From Macrostomum lignano (lineage: Eukaryota): 64,000 bases of DNA. Shown here piece by piece: positions 1-13,068 of this stretch. The stretch's first letter is position 1, and each line of letters starts with the position of its first letter. The notes below the pieces were generated by a model. The model saw nothing but the letters and a program-made list of their open reading frames with translations. It made no database searches and was not told the origin of the DNA. Made by a program: the position numbers and the translations under genes. Location of the stretch: positions 62,001-126,000 of the forward strand of contig NIVC01002712.1 in NCBI GenBank assembly GCA_002269645.1, in the 5' to 3' direction.

Positions 1-2215
1 GCGCTGCAGCAGATGGCGCCGTAGCAGATGGCACCGAAGCAGATGGCGTCGTAACAGATGGCGCCTTAGCTGCAGCAGATGGCGCCTTAGCTGCAGCAGA
101 TGGCGCCTTAGCTGCAGCAGATGGCGCCTTAGCTGCAGCAGATGGCGCCTTAGCTGCAGCAGATGGCGCCGTAGCAGATGGCGCCGCAGCAGATGGCGCC
201 GCAGCAGATGGCGCTGCAGCAAATGGCGTCGTAACAGAAGGCGTTGTAACAGATGGCGCCTTAGCTGCAGCAGATGGCGCCGCAGTATATGGCGCCGCAG
301 CAGATGGCGCTGCAGCAGATGGCGCCGTAGCAGATGGCACCGAAGCAGATGGCGTCGTAACAGATGGCGCCTTAGCTGCAGCAGATGGCGCCTTAGCTGC
401 AGCAGATGGCGCCTTAGCTGCAGCAGATGGCGCCGCAGCAGATGGCGCTGCAGCAGATGGCGCCGTAGCAGATGGCACCGAAGCAGATGGCGTCGTAACA
501 GATGGCGCCTTAGCTGCAGCAGATGGCGCCTTAGCTGCAGCAGATGGCGCCTTAGCTGCAGCAGATGGCGCCTTAGCTGCAGCAGATGGCGCCGCATTAG
601 ATGGCGCCGCAGCAGATGACGCCTTAGCTGCAGCAGATGGCGCCGTAGCAGATGGCGCCTTAGCTGCAACAGATGGCGCCGCAGGAGATGGCGCCGTAGC
701 AGATGGCGCCGTACCAGATGGCATCGTAACAGAAGGCGCCGTAACAGAAGGCGCCGTAACAGATGGTGCCTTAGCTTCAGCAGATGGCGCCTTAGCTGCA
801 GCAGATGGCTCCGCAGCAGATGGCGCCTTAGCTGCAGCAGATGGCGCCGCAGCAGATGGCACCGCAGCAGGTGGCGCCGTAACAGATGGCGCCGCAGCAG
901 ATGGCGCCGTAACAGATGGCTCTTTAGCTGCAGCAGGTGGCGCCGTAGCAGGTGGCGCCGTAACAGATGGCGCCGTACCACATAGCTTTGTACTACATGG
1001 CGTCGTAGCAGATGGCGCCTTAGCTGCAGCAGGTGGCGCCGTAGCAGGTGGCGCCGTACCACATAGCTTCGTACAACATGGCGTCGTAGCAGATGGCGCC
1101 TTAGCTGCAGCAGATGGCGCCGCAGCATATGGCGCCGCAGCAGATGGCGCTGCAGCAGATGGCGCCGTACCAGATGGCGCCGCAGCAGATGGCGTTGTAA
1201 CAGATGGCGCCTTAGCTGAAGCAGATGGCGCCGCAGCAGATGGCGCCGCAGCAGATGGCGCCTTAGCTGCAGCAGATGGCGCCTTAGCTGCAGCAGATGG
1301 CACCGCAGCAGATGGCGCCGCAGCAGATGGCGCCTTAGCTGCAGCAGATAACACCGCAGCAGATGGCGCCGCAGCAGATGGCGCCGTAACAGATGGCGCC
1401 GTACCACATAGCTTCGTACTACATGGCGTCGTAGCAGATGGCGCCTTAGCTGCAGCAGGTGGCGCCGTAACAGATGGCGCCGTACCACATAGCTTCGTAC
1501 TACATGGCGTCGTAGCAGATGGCGCCTTAGCTGCAGCAGATGGCGCCGCAGCATATGGCGCCGCAGCAGATGGCGTTGTAACAGATGGCGCCGTACCAGA
1601 TGGCGCCGCAGCAGATGGCGTTGTAACAGATGGCGCCTTAGCTGAAGCAGATGGCGCCGCAGCAGATGGCGCCTTAGCTGCAGCAGATGGCGCCGTAGCA
1701 GATGGCGCCTTAGCTGCAGCAGATGGCGCCGCAGCAGATGGCACCGTAGCAGATGGCGCCTTAGCTGCAGCAGATGGCGCCGCAGCAGATGGCGCCGCAG
1801 CAGATGGCGCCTTAGCTGCAGCAGATGGCACCGCAGCAGATGGCGCCTTAGCTGCAGCAGATGGCGCCGTAGCAGATGGCGCCTTAGCTGCAGCAGATGG
1901 CGCCGCAGCAGATGGCACCGCAGCAGATGGCGCCGCAGCAGATGGCACCGCAGCAGATGGCGCCGCAGCAGATGGCGCCTTAGCTGCAGCAGATGGCGCC
2001 GCAGCAGATGGCGCCTTAGCTGCAGCAGATGGCACCGCAGCAGATGGCACCGCAGCAGATGGCACCGCAGCAGATGGCGCCTTAGCTGCAGCAGATGGCA
2101 CCGCAGCAGATGGCACCGCAGCAGATGGCACCGCAGCAGATGGCGCCGCAGCAGATGGCGCCTTAGCTGCAGCAGATGGCACCGCAGCAGATGGCGCCGC
2201 AGCAGATGGCGCTGT
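1..2215. repeat. Coding minisatellite of 15/21-bp units (GCAGCAGATGGCGCC, with or without TTAGCT)
   Basis: Directly visible tandem array with variant units. Confidence 0.95.
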
Positions 2216-3025
2216 AGCTGCAGCTTTCGCGGTTGGCGTCACCACTACTGGCGCAGCGGTCGAAGGGGTCACCCTTGATGCCACCGCTGTAAAGTCAACA
2301 TCAAGAAGCGAGTCAGTGCACACCGCATCGGCCGAACAGTTCCGTACAGACAGCGGGGTGCGCGCCAAGTCAGAGTTAGAGCAGTCGGTGTCCACAGCGG
2401 GAGGAGAAACGGCAGCAGACTGAGAAGCAGACTCAGGACTTTTCGTATCCACATCAACGGCGGCCGCATTCAAGCCCGACCCCTGACTGTCTGCGCGTCT
2501 GTCTATGTAGGCCGTCAGATCCGAGACATCAAAGTCGCCCTCTGGGTGCGGGTTTTTGTTGGTGTTGGATTAGAGATCTGGGATCTGCGTTAGGGTAATG
2601 GATCTGGGAATTGGGATTAAGGATCTGGGAAATGGGAGTAGGGATTTGGAAATTGGGATTAGGGATCTGAGAAATGGGAGTAGAGATCTGGGAATTGGGA
2701 CTAGGGATCTGAGAAATGGGACTAGGGATCTGGGAATTGGGATTAAGGATCTGGGAATTGGGATTAGGATTAAAGATCTGGGAATTGGGATTTTGATTAG
2801 GGTTTTGGGAATCGGGATCTGTGTTTAGGATTGGGAAACTGGGTCTAACACGAATCTCATGTGAACAAAAAACATTCAAAATTTCTAACCATCAAACTCA
2901 TCTGCAGGCCAGCCCTCTTCGAACTGCCAATCAACCTGGTGTCCGTCATTATCCGAATCGTAGCAGTGCAGTATTGGCCGCAATAGAAACAGCTTATCTG
3001 GCAGCTGGTGTATTGACTGGGACAT
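1..3025 (-). CDS. Ala/Pro/Ser-rich repetitive protein (partial, runs off window start); exons 3025-2890 and 2541-<1
   Basis: ATG at 3025 (MSQSIHQLPDKLFLLRP...WPADEFD), GT donor at 2889 and CAG acceptor at 2542 join in phase 1 to EGDFDVSDLTAYIDRR... The frame then continues through APSAA/APSAAAK repeats; all repeat units are multiples of 3 and the frame is the same at position 1. Missed by the ORF track because it has no stop inside the window. Confidence 0.7.
2575..2830. repeat. Intronic minisatellite (~20-bp GGATCTGGGAATTGGGATTA-type)
   Basis: Tandem degenerate units inside the 2889-2542 intron. Confidence 0.85.
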
Positions 3026-3184
3026 CTAGAGTGTTGCTAGACAGGAAGTCTGCTGTTGAAATTGAAAGTTGCAATGATTTTTGAAAGCTGAAAAATGGAA
3101 ATTGGTTGGTAGAATAGGACTTTCTCAGTTACCAAAGGAGAAATTACTCAGGTACCAGAGGGACTTCCTCAGTAAATAAAGGGG

Positions 3185-3650
3185 GTTCCTCAGTTGCTAA
3201 GGATATTCCTCAGTTGCTAAGGATATTCCTCAGTTGCTAAAGGGGAATTCCTCAGTTGCTAAGGGGGAATTCCTCAGTTGCTAAAGGGGAATTCCTCAGT
3301 TGCTAAGGATATTCCTCAGTTGCTAAAGGGGAATTCCTCAGTTGCTAAAGGGGAATTCCTCAGTTGCTAAAGGGGAATTCCTCAGTTGCTAAAGGGGAAT
3401 TCCTCAGTTGCTTAAGGGGGAATTCCTCAGTTGCTAAAGGGGAATTCCTCAGTTGCTTAAGGGGGAATTCCTCAGTTGCTAAAGGGGAATTCCTCAGTTG
3501 CTAAGGGGGAATTCCTCAGTTGCTAAGGGGGAATTCCGCAGTTGCTAAGGGGGAATTCCTCAGTTGCTAAGGGGGAATTCCGCAGTTGCTAAGGGGGGAT
3601 TCCTCAGTTGCTTAAGGGGTTTTCCTCACTTCCTTAAAGGGGGGAATTCC
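3185..3650. repeat. Minisatellite, 21-22-bp unit GGGGAATTCCTCAGTTGCTAA
   Basis: About 20 tandem copies visible. Confidence 0.95.
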
Positions 3651-4141
3651 TCATAGAGATGGAATTTCTTAGTTGTTAAAGGGAGAAGATTCCCTGGCTA
3701 CTATTGCTGCAAGGGAAACTATTGCCATCATTTGTTAATTTCTGTTACTGTTTCATTATAAGTGAATGATAAGACTTACCATTACATTTATTATCACTAA
3801 AAGTTATGGCAAGTTATAAAAAATTATTTGCTATAACATATAAAAAAGCTATAAAAAAGCTATGGCCACAAATATATGCAAAAATGTTGGTTATAATAGA
3901 ACTTTGATAGATTGATATCAATGGTATTATATTAAGGCCTGTCTAATTAAAAATGATATTTTAGAGGAAAAAATGTTTTGTAAAAACTTTTGAATAGATA
4001 AGCATAATAATTTAAAACTTATTCAACAATTAAATTAATTACAATTTTAATTAACATCTTTATTTTACAATTTTGAAAAATATATTTAATATAATTAGTT
4101 CAGTATCAACTTTTTCAGCCTATATGGCTATATATATAATA

Positions 4142-5220
4142 CAGGGATTGGCAAACTTTTTCAATGCAGGCTAGATTGAAAGACTGACTGAGGTGGCAAG
4201 CCAGAAAAAATGAAAAAAAATTGAAGCTATAAATGATAATTTGGTATCTTTAACAATCATTTGTTAAATTATTTTTGCTTGAATTTTATTCCTTTGTATT
4301 TTTAGAGTCCAACAAAGGATAAACCTTGTGAACAAATTAATAGTCTAACATGTACTAGCAGCTAAACTTTTGTTACAGTCAATCACCACATCACAACATA
4401 AGGGTACTATAAGTATTTGAATGTTAAACAATGGCACAATCCAACTTGAAACTGCTAATTGTCAAGATATCAAAAGAGAAATAGTCCAAAATTAGATAAG
4501 TAAAAGCATTGGCTTGACTTGAATCCCAGTAGGCCTACTAGTATTGGCAGCTCAGCAGCTAATTTTCAATCTAAAACACATCCCCCTTTAAAGGTCCCCT
4601 ACAGTATCACAGCCTTTTGACTAGGCCCTATAAACATATTTTCATGCTTTATGTGCACTAAACTGATACTATTTTAATAAGAATTCCTGATATAGCAATA
4701 TATAAATTCAAATATGGTAGAGAGATATGTCTTGGATAAAATTACCTAGTCATACTATTACCTACTGTTAAAGTAGTACCCCTGTGTTAGGGTATAGCAA
4801 TTGATTAGGGGCCTATAACAAACAATTTAGCTACCAATACTTGAATACATGTTAAACTATTATTATTCTTTCACTTGTTTCAATTTTTTTGGATTTTAAA
4901 AATAGAAAAGAATTGAATTCAAACAAAAAATAATTTAACAAACAATTCTATAGTAGTATAAGATAGAGATATCCATGCAACAATTTTAGATGATAGACCA
5001 AATATAAGCAACATTACAATACCACAATTAAAATTGATATAGGAATTATGGGATAAAAGCTAATTTTGCTTGTAAAGTTAAATGTTTAAACACCAAGTTG
5101 ATTGGCAGGCCACTTTTATATTGAGAGATAGTAACTTAGTAAGAGTGCTGCCAGCTGAACTGGAAGATGTTGCGGGCCAGATTTGGCCCATGGGCCAATG
5201 GCCACAGCTTGCCAATGCTG
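4142..5220. mobile_element. Possible degenerate hAT/Charlie-like MITE
   Basis: CAGGGATTGGCAAAC at 4142 and GCTTGCCAATGCTG at ~5207-5220 are roughly inverted, and the GCGGGCCAGATTTGGCCC subterminal motif resembles hAT MITEs. No TSD found. Confidence 0.3.
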
Positions 5221-5703
5221 ACTCATGCCATAATATTGTAGAAAAGTTTAAAATTTGATATAAACTAGATTTTTTCTATGGTCAACTAAACTTTGAAAAT
5301 GCTTTATGATTTGTTATATCAAGTAGGCCTTTTTGCTTGCTAGGCCTATCACAATGTCAGTGAAAACTAAATTTTCAAGGTGTAGGCCTATTTGAACTAC
5401 TATGGTAAGATCTCATCAACCGAACAAGGGATCTTCAAAACCGAACATGCAACTGACTTTCGTTTTTACTGTCTCATGGGGATTTGGGGAATATATTTCA
5501 AGAGTCTATAAAAGTGACATATCATTTGAAAGAAGACATTCTCATCTACAAAATGAGATAAAGTTTGGACAATCTACTCGATACTCGAGAAAATTAGCAT
5601 TATTGATAGAAATTATTAAAGAAATACGCGTTTCAGAGTTTTTTTCTTGGTTTGGGATGTCTGCAGAAGAATTGGTCTACAGACCACAATTTTTAACTTA
5701 CTG

Positions 5704-6897
5704 GTAGTAGTAGTAGTAGTAGTAAATTTGGCTCAGGCTTAAGGAGCCTGTTTTGCCAGTATAATCCGATGTATTTAGTATTTGTTCAAAAGGTTAAATT
5801 TTTACACGAGTTACGATACGAGTTACGATATTTGTGTAAGGTATTTGAAAGAGCGTCTAGAATTTTTTAAAAACGGTTTTCCAGTCCATTAACGACTAAC
5901 GACAGAATAACAAGATTCTAAGCAGGGAAAATAAAAAATCAATGTCGTACATGTATATATATGACCTTAAAGCAAAACGATTCTCCTAGAATGCGATTCA
6001 GAAAAGGTAGTTAGATATTAACAAATATAACAAATATCGAGTATAATTAAGAATTGCTCTCAATAATAGGCGATTTTTGTAAAAAGGTGTAGTATTTTTG
6101 AAAGCGCGTGATATTTCAAAGCGTGAAAAACGAACATAAACGTACTTCGAACGAACTTAACGTCTAACGATTAACGACGATTTAAAAAGGAAATTAAAAA
6201 AGACAGTAAATGTATAAATAACTGAAAAGCGGATTTGTTACACTGCTGATGTATCTGAGTCAGTTTGTTTAACTGTTTTAGCTATTCATGACTTCAAATA
6301 TTTTAGCTACACCAGTGAGTTCTTTTCTGACTCTTTTTTCATTTGTAGCATATCCTATCTTGTGTATTTGATTGCCATTTAAGAGGTATTGACAGAAGTA
6401 ATTTTTTCCTGATCTCTTCAGTTTGTGGACATTCGGTCAAGTAGTGTAGGATGTCAGAACCATTTCGTGCTCCACACATTTTACATGGTTCTTGAGAAAA
6501 AAGTTGGGTGTAATCTCGCATTTCAGTTTTAGGAGGGTTGTTAAGAATTTTTTTTTTCTAAATGTGCATGGAAAGTAATCTGAAAGGTCGGGCCTGCAGA
6601 TTTTTTTGTAGAGATAGGCGTTTTTGTAGAGTTTAATATGTTGCTGATTCTCTAGCTTTTGGCTAAGTCCTCTTTCTCTGTCTTGAGGTACTTTTTCACT
6701 AGGTATTTCTCGTTATTAAAGCTTTGGGAAAGTTTATCTTCAGTTAGTGCTTTTAGGTCTATACTTTCCAGTTTCTTTAGTACATTCATTTTCCATGGAT
6801 TTTTTTGGCCGGTGTTTGAGTAGAAAATTTCTAGAGTCGTTTGGCAGAGTTTTTTGTGTCTAATTTTCAGCCAGTAGATGAGGTAGGTTTTAGCGAT
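5704..6897 (-). mobile_element. 5'-truncated, decayed non-LTR retrotransposon fragment
   Basis: Minus strand encodes an RT C-terminal-like stretch (YLIYWLKI...PWKMNVLKKL) followed by a CKMC...HYLTECP zinc knuckle typical of LINE ORF2 C-termini, with stops/frameshifts. A (TAG)n run at 5704-5723 may be the tail. Confidence 0.5.
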
Positions 6898-7753
6898 TCA
6901 ACATTCAAAACAAAACACTTTTTGAATTCAGTGTTAAATTTTCTACAAAGTATTATAACACACATACCAATCTGATGTATAGTTTAGCAAAAATTCTAGT
7001 GTTCGGTTGATGATACCAAATTGCATGTTCGGTTCGGTTTTCAGATTTCAGAATCATCAACCGCACAGAAGAATCTTCAAAACCGAACGAACAAAAATTG
7101 TCCGAAAAAACTTGCTTGCTTCTTCTACCTTATAATGAATAAGATCTTTTTTTAAAAGAACAACTCATTTAAGCCACGTAATTGCAAATATTTTTTTGCT
7201 TAAAAATGTACTAATTTTAATGCAAAATACATAGAAGGATTTTTCCATTTTGACAAAATAATTCCTATTAAATGCTTTTATTTCTACTAACAGTAGCTAA
7301 AAGCGACATATAATTCCATATACATTTTCTTTTCAGAATTCCACAACATAGAAAAGAAAATCGAATCAACAAGACAGGCCAAACTAGGCGGCCTACTAGG
7401 CCTAATGGTTGCCGCTTTACTGTACAATTGAAGAGTAAAAGGCCTAGCTAGTAAACATCTAATTTAATTTAATTGTAAATAGTAATACGTAAAGCCAAGC
7501 CAAAGGCACAATATAAAATTTAATAATATGACTACAATAAAAATAATACATTCAGTAAAACCCTTATTAGAAAAGAAACATATATATGCTAGGCCATAGG
7601 CCAAGGCCCTATCAGAACGGGAAAATTTCAAAGATCTGACGAATTATATGATGGTAGGACGGAGAACTATACAAGGCCGTGGAGAGTCGCCTACTCCCAG
7701 ATAAATTGATAGACAAATGCAGAGAGGCGCCCTTCATGCATGTAGATTGAGGT

Positions 7754-7910
7754 ACAGAAGCAGTTAGAGAGGCGCCTTGATAACTGTAGACTGATGGACA
7801 GAAGCAGTTAGAGAGGCGCCTTGATAACTGTAGACTGATGGACAGAAGCAGTTAGAGAGGCGCCTTGATAACTGTAGACTGATGGACAGAAGCAGTTAGA
7901 GAGGCGCCTT
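7754..7910. repeat. 44-bp tandem repeat x~3.5
   Basis: AGAAGCAGTTAGAGAGGCGCC recurs at 7756, 7800, 7844, 7888. Confidence 0.9.
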
Positions 7911-7912
7911 GC

Positions 7913-8209
7913 ATGCAGTTCACCACGAAGGACGCCGATCACGACACCTGCAGCTCTGGCAACTGCGCAACAAGGTTTAAAGGTGCCTGGTGGTTCAAAG
8001 TCTGTTTGTACACCCACCCGAACGGAGAGTACAAAAACTCATCTGCTGCCATCGGAGGTGCTCATGATGAGGGAGTTATTTGGAAGTTCAACTTTGGCTA
8101 CACCTACTCGCTGAAGGAGTTCGAGATGCTGCTTCTGTACCCGGACTGCCACTTATGTTGGTGCAACGTTTTTCCAATCATTGAAATTAGGTGTTTCTTT
8201 AACATTTAA
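7913..8209 (+). CDS. Fibrinogen C-terminal domain (FReD/FREP) terminal exon; C-terminus altered by transposon insertion; upstream exons not found
   Basis: FTTKDADHD...NCA...GAWWFKVC...NGEY...GVIW...YSLKEFEM matches the FBG domain C-terminal motifs. The last 24 codons come from the transposon end. Confidence 0.8.
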   Translation: MQFTTKDADHDTCSSGNCATRFKGAWWFKVCLYTHPNGEYKNSSAAIGGAHDEGVIWKFNFGYTYSLKEFEMLLLYPDCHLCWCNVFPIIEIRCFFNI

Positions 8210-9528
8210 ATTACATTAATTTTGACCCGCTTTGTACGGTTTTTTCAACGTTGTAGGCCAACGTTGGTAACCCACCATTAAACAACCTTCTAACAACCTT
8301 TCTGTGAGAGCTCGTACATACTACTAGCAGTAGTGAGCACAGTAAAGGCACTCGAGTCAATCTTGTTTTTATATATTGAAGCCTATAGTTTGCAACGCAG
8401 GATTTGCCTCATTTTTCTGTAATATCAACAAAAGAAACTCACTCGGTATCAGAGCTAGTTTATGAAAGCGAGTATATTTATTTTATTTTTATTAACAAAA
8501 AAGTTCACATATAGCTTTTTTACGATATATTGGCGATGTTCATAAATATTAGCATAGAGTTAAGAAAGTAAAGAAGGTTTTACATGTAGTACGAGCGTAC
8601 TGCAATACTGTAGTATTGCAATGTAGTTCTGTTAAAGAAACATTTTTACATGTAGTACTGCAATGTAAGAAGATACAAGAGTAAGTACAACATTAAGCTT
8701 TGGGTTACATACTTGGGATACATGGGCTATCATTTATGTAACCTTTAGTCTTCAGTGGTAATCCGACCCGATTAATTTCACACATACATTTTACACATTC
8801 AAGTAAAACACTTAGTAAATTGTCAAAAAGTTTAAACTACAAAAAAGATGCAGCAGACTAACAGACGCGAAAAACAAAGCAAAAGGTTTTATCTGCTTCA
8901 CTAAGCTTAAAAAATACATTCACTTTTAATTTTATTTGGCAAACGCACTTTTCGAAAATCCAGCTCACTACTGTTAGTAGCTAATACTGCACAAACAGTA
9001 AACCTTAAGCGACCGAAACAGTTAAATTATGAAATATTATGCACAACCAGACATAAAAAGTTTTTTTAAGCTGATATATAAGGACAGAATAAGATAATAG
9101 TTTACTAAAACTAAACATAAAATGATTTTTAAGATCAGCCAGGCCCCCTTTTATAAAAATAAGATTAATCCTGTCTACAAAGTCCCAAGCTCCTGCACCG
9201 AAGGTTTACCCTTACGGCTTTCTACGATTTCTAAGAAACCCTTAGCAATTAGATAGTTAAAATTGCTTTTTTTTCACTTTGTGATAACAATTGAACCAAG
9301 GTTGCTTTTTACCTGTTTGGTATAACACTTTCATATCAACGATTTTTAAATCTAGACCTTAATATTAAAGCGACACAGTTCATGGCCCCTATATGCAAAC
9401 TTTCATTTTTGCTCTTCTTATTCAATCGATTTTACTAGTGCTGGTCCTAAAAATTATATCACCCTGGATTAAATACCAAGATTGAATAGCTAACATATGA
9501 GGAGAGGAAACATACATCGTGCACAGCT

Positions 9529-11304
9529 TTAGTTTGAGTAAATTTGATCCAACAAGTCAAAGTCGTCTTCATCATCAGCCTCCATCGACTCTTCTGAAGA
9601 AGATGCGACAGCTCCAGCTGCCATCTCGAGCTGCTGTGAAGCCTGGCTCTGCTTCTTCACTCGAGTGCCGGCGTGCCTCAAATGTTCGGCCACGGCTAGG
9701 CCCACCGAAACTGCAGTTGCATCCTTGAAAATGCCTCCTGCTGCATCTGAAGCAAAAAAATATAAATTGATAATTTGTATTTTTCCATGTCCATAACCTT
9801 ATTAAAAACCGTTTCATTAACTGTTGCAATCTTCGATTTTACTGCCTACTTAGTGGTTTAGATATTGTATGCACTACTCATGTACTTACTAGCAATGATC
9901 GGCAGCAGTCCGAGACTCGAAAAACTCTTTTTTGATTTGCCTTGGCGGGTTGCTCCACGAAGGCTCATCTGAGCCGCCAGTTCATCGGTCATCAGAAGCC
10001 GCAGTATATTAAAGACTAGATGATTGAGTCGTCTCCCTCCAAGTGAGCGAAAGTGCGACACCTTGAAAGGACGAGATAAAGTAGTTAAATTAATTACGAG
10101 CGTACCTCTGTGATTTTTTCGCCTGATATACTATGCATTCAAATGATAGCAACATTGGCAGCTTACAGCGTGTTTGACAGCCTTTCGATCAGACTGAAGA
10201 GCCGCCACCCAGTTTTGTAAGGCAACGAACTCTGTACATGGCAGTCCATCGAACAGACTGTGTAAGTCACCGTCATCTTCGAAGGTCCACCAGATGTGCG
10301 AGCCACCAACTTGTTCTGAAGGTCAACCAAAGAACTTTTCACTGAAGTATGCTGTGCGCGAATCACACCTGTCAATAAGTATTTTAGTCACATCTCTCTG
10401 TTGAAAATTAACCCTTTGCCATTTGGGGTTTTTCAAAGCTATATATTACGTTCGTTTATACTACATTTAAATTTAAATTTACCCTGCTAGACTACTCTAT
10501 CTCAATGGATTATCTCATTCAATTGTCTGTCACAACTGTCCTCAGAAATTTAAGCGTTTCGAGTTTGAAAATTATGCAGACTCACTCTCCAGTCGCTCAA
10601 CGGCTGCAGTGAGCTTCTCGACTTGTGAACTCAAGTTGGTGATACTTAGGTTGATGCCTGCAAGCCCTTCCTTTGGCAAGCTTGAGACTTGGACTGGACC
10701 AGCTGGTGTTGATGCAATAGTCGGGGTGCTCAGCATCGGGGCTGTCCCAGCAGAATTATCCTGCTGTGCAGCTTGCCGAAACGTTTCGAGCGGCGGAGGT
10801 GGAGACGCAAGGGCATGAAGCGTTGGTGGGGGTGAATCTGGAGGTCGGGCCACTCGTCGACTTTGTCTGCCAACACGCGAGCACCCAGCTTCCACAGCTT
10901 CATTGATGAAGCGACTGACTGTCTTTCGAAGACGAGGAGCATCAGAGTCGCTTGTTTCCACTGTCCCTTTGCTCAGAAAGCGCCGTCGTAGTTTAACGGC
11001 CTCTGGGAGAGTGGCTGAAGTTTAAAATTAAAAGGCATTTTCCCTGGTGTGAGATGCGATTGCCCAAGAAAGAATTGTTGAGTAATTAAATGGAATGGAC
11101 CCTTGTCTTACCTCGAGATCCGACAACTTCAACGGTTTCCACAGCCCAGTTCTCATTCGGTGTCCTGTGGCCTTTGATGGCTTGATTGTACTCTGCTGCA
11201 GGGGGCCAGTGCACAGAAGTTCCGCTTTCAAACCATTCTTTTAGGACGATTTCTACACTATCGTCTTCAAAAAGAACCAAGACAAACCTGTTGTCCGATG
11301 ACAT
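9529..11304 (-). CDS. EnSpm accessory ORF2, DUF4806-like; exons 11304-11112, 11014-10586, 10368-10167, 10061-9890, 9746-9529
   Basis: N-terminal FVLVLFEDDSVEIV...W...WPP motif and C-terminal SLGG...LMTDELA...G...KKSF...EHLRHA motif typical of animal EnSpm ORF2; GT-AG sites at all junctions. One 1-bp deletion near 10282 is needed to close the frame. Confidence 0.75.
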
Positions 11305-11760
11305 GCTGTCTCAAAGTTGTGGTAAATACGATCTTAAAGCATATAATCAGTCGTGATACATGCAAATCTTTGCGATAGGGAATGAAACGGAAATAAAAAA
11401 CAAATGTTAGAATAGGTTTCATGGTTCAGATCTTCCGATTGGTTTGAAATTTTTGCATACAGGAAGGAGGTTTAAAAAATTTCCCCGCACGACCCAATGA
11501 GAAGCAGCTGAGCTGAATGTTACTTTAAAATTTTGTAGACTGTGAAGTCGCACGGCATTGGACGCGCCAACATCTGAACTCACGGGAGGCGCAATAGTGT
11601 TCATGCGGCCCACGCTTCCAGCTTTACCAATCCAAAATTCCCAGTTCCATACTTTAGGTTTTTACACTTAACAAAATTATTCTTTTAATTGCAGCTTTTT
11701 CATTTTAGACCCTCATGAGCTATTTATAAACTGCAGCATTTTACAAATATAACTATGATT

Positions 11761-11964
11761 CAGGGGCGGATCTATTCGAGGGCGGCCGCCCCCCCCCCAA
11801 AACAGCTTGATAAAAAATATTGCTTCCCCCAAGACCTAAGTTTTTTGGGGGAGCCCTTTAACTTGATTTCTGCGCCCCCTAGCTTAAAAATCGGCGCCCC
11901 TGATATTATGTTGGCGCCCCAAACTTGGACCGCCCCCTTAAATGAAATTCTAGACCCGCCACTG
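11761..11964. mobile_element. hAT-type MITE (204 bp) nested in the EnSpm element
   Basis: TIR CAGGGGCGGATCTA / TAGACCCGCCACTG (12/14); 8-bp TSD CTATGATT / TTATGATT. Confidence 0.85.
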
Positions 11965-13068
11965 TTATGATTATATTTGATTTCATAATGTGTCCAACAA
12001 CAAACAACTCGCTAAATCCAGTTGGGCAAGAAAAGATTCGTGCCTGTCTGTTGCAGATTTAAAAATGCACGATTCGAAATTTTATTTCAATGTAGAAATT
12101 TATGCTACCTAAGGTTAATTAAAATTTATAAAGCAAATAAATACAAACTAAAAAGCTAAGTGGAGAAACTGACAAGAAGCGCAGGAGAAAATAAGAAACT
12201 AATGGATTGATTGGGAAGAGGATTTCAACTTCTCGCGTGTTAGCCACTGGATATTGCACACTTTTGAGCAGTGGCACAGCAGAATAACAGAATAGACAGA
12301 TAAAAAATAAATGTGTTAATAAGCCCGTATATGCCAATTTTACTTACTACAAGATGATTTAAAATATCAGGATCAAAAAATTCTACAGCAATCAACGCGT
12401 ACGCTCGTATCAGAGCGTCTGCTTACTGGTGGAAGGTCTTTTATTTTTGGAAAAGTTCACGTTCAGCCGGTTCAGGCAGGCTGTTTTTCTCTCACCGATT
12501 CCATATAGTGTCACTTTATTTGCACCTAAAATGCACCTTGTAAGAATATCATTCATTGAAGTTGGCTCAAGAATTCTTTGTTCCGTGCTTCTTTGTTCTT
12601 TGTGTTTTGCTTTAAAATGTCCCTAAGTTGGGGGTGGGGGACTAAATTCATTCTCAGTTAACCCGAAAGCAAGCATACGCTATATAATATGTTGTACAGA
12701 GCTAGTATAGAATAATGCTATAGCATATGCTTGGCTGCAATTCCCACGATGCTTCAATATAGCTTCTTGATAAGAACAGATCTTATCTTTTATCAACCTT
12801 CCTGACCAGGAAATATTCTCGTCGATCAATGAACTTGCTTTTGGTTAGAACTATATGCGCTTTGGCATTGCTTTGCTTCTATAAACTAGGAGGTAACATG
12901 GTACAAATAAATTCATTCATTTCATGAATATGAAAAAAACCAGCTGCACAAAATTATTGTTTTTTTCTATTGAATACAAAAAACAGAAAAAAAACTAATG
13001 AATTCGAAGAACAGCGAGCTACACGGTAAATTACAAAAGCGGGGAATAAATTGAGGCGCCGTAAATAA

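Noticed and set aside
5410-7090. Short direct and inverted AACCGAAC-containing repeats around the LINE fragment (5413-5452, 7021-7088)
   Set aside because: Too short and degenerate to define an element or TSD.
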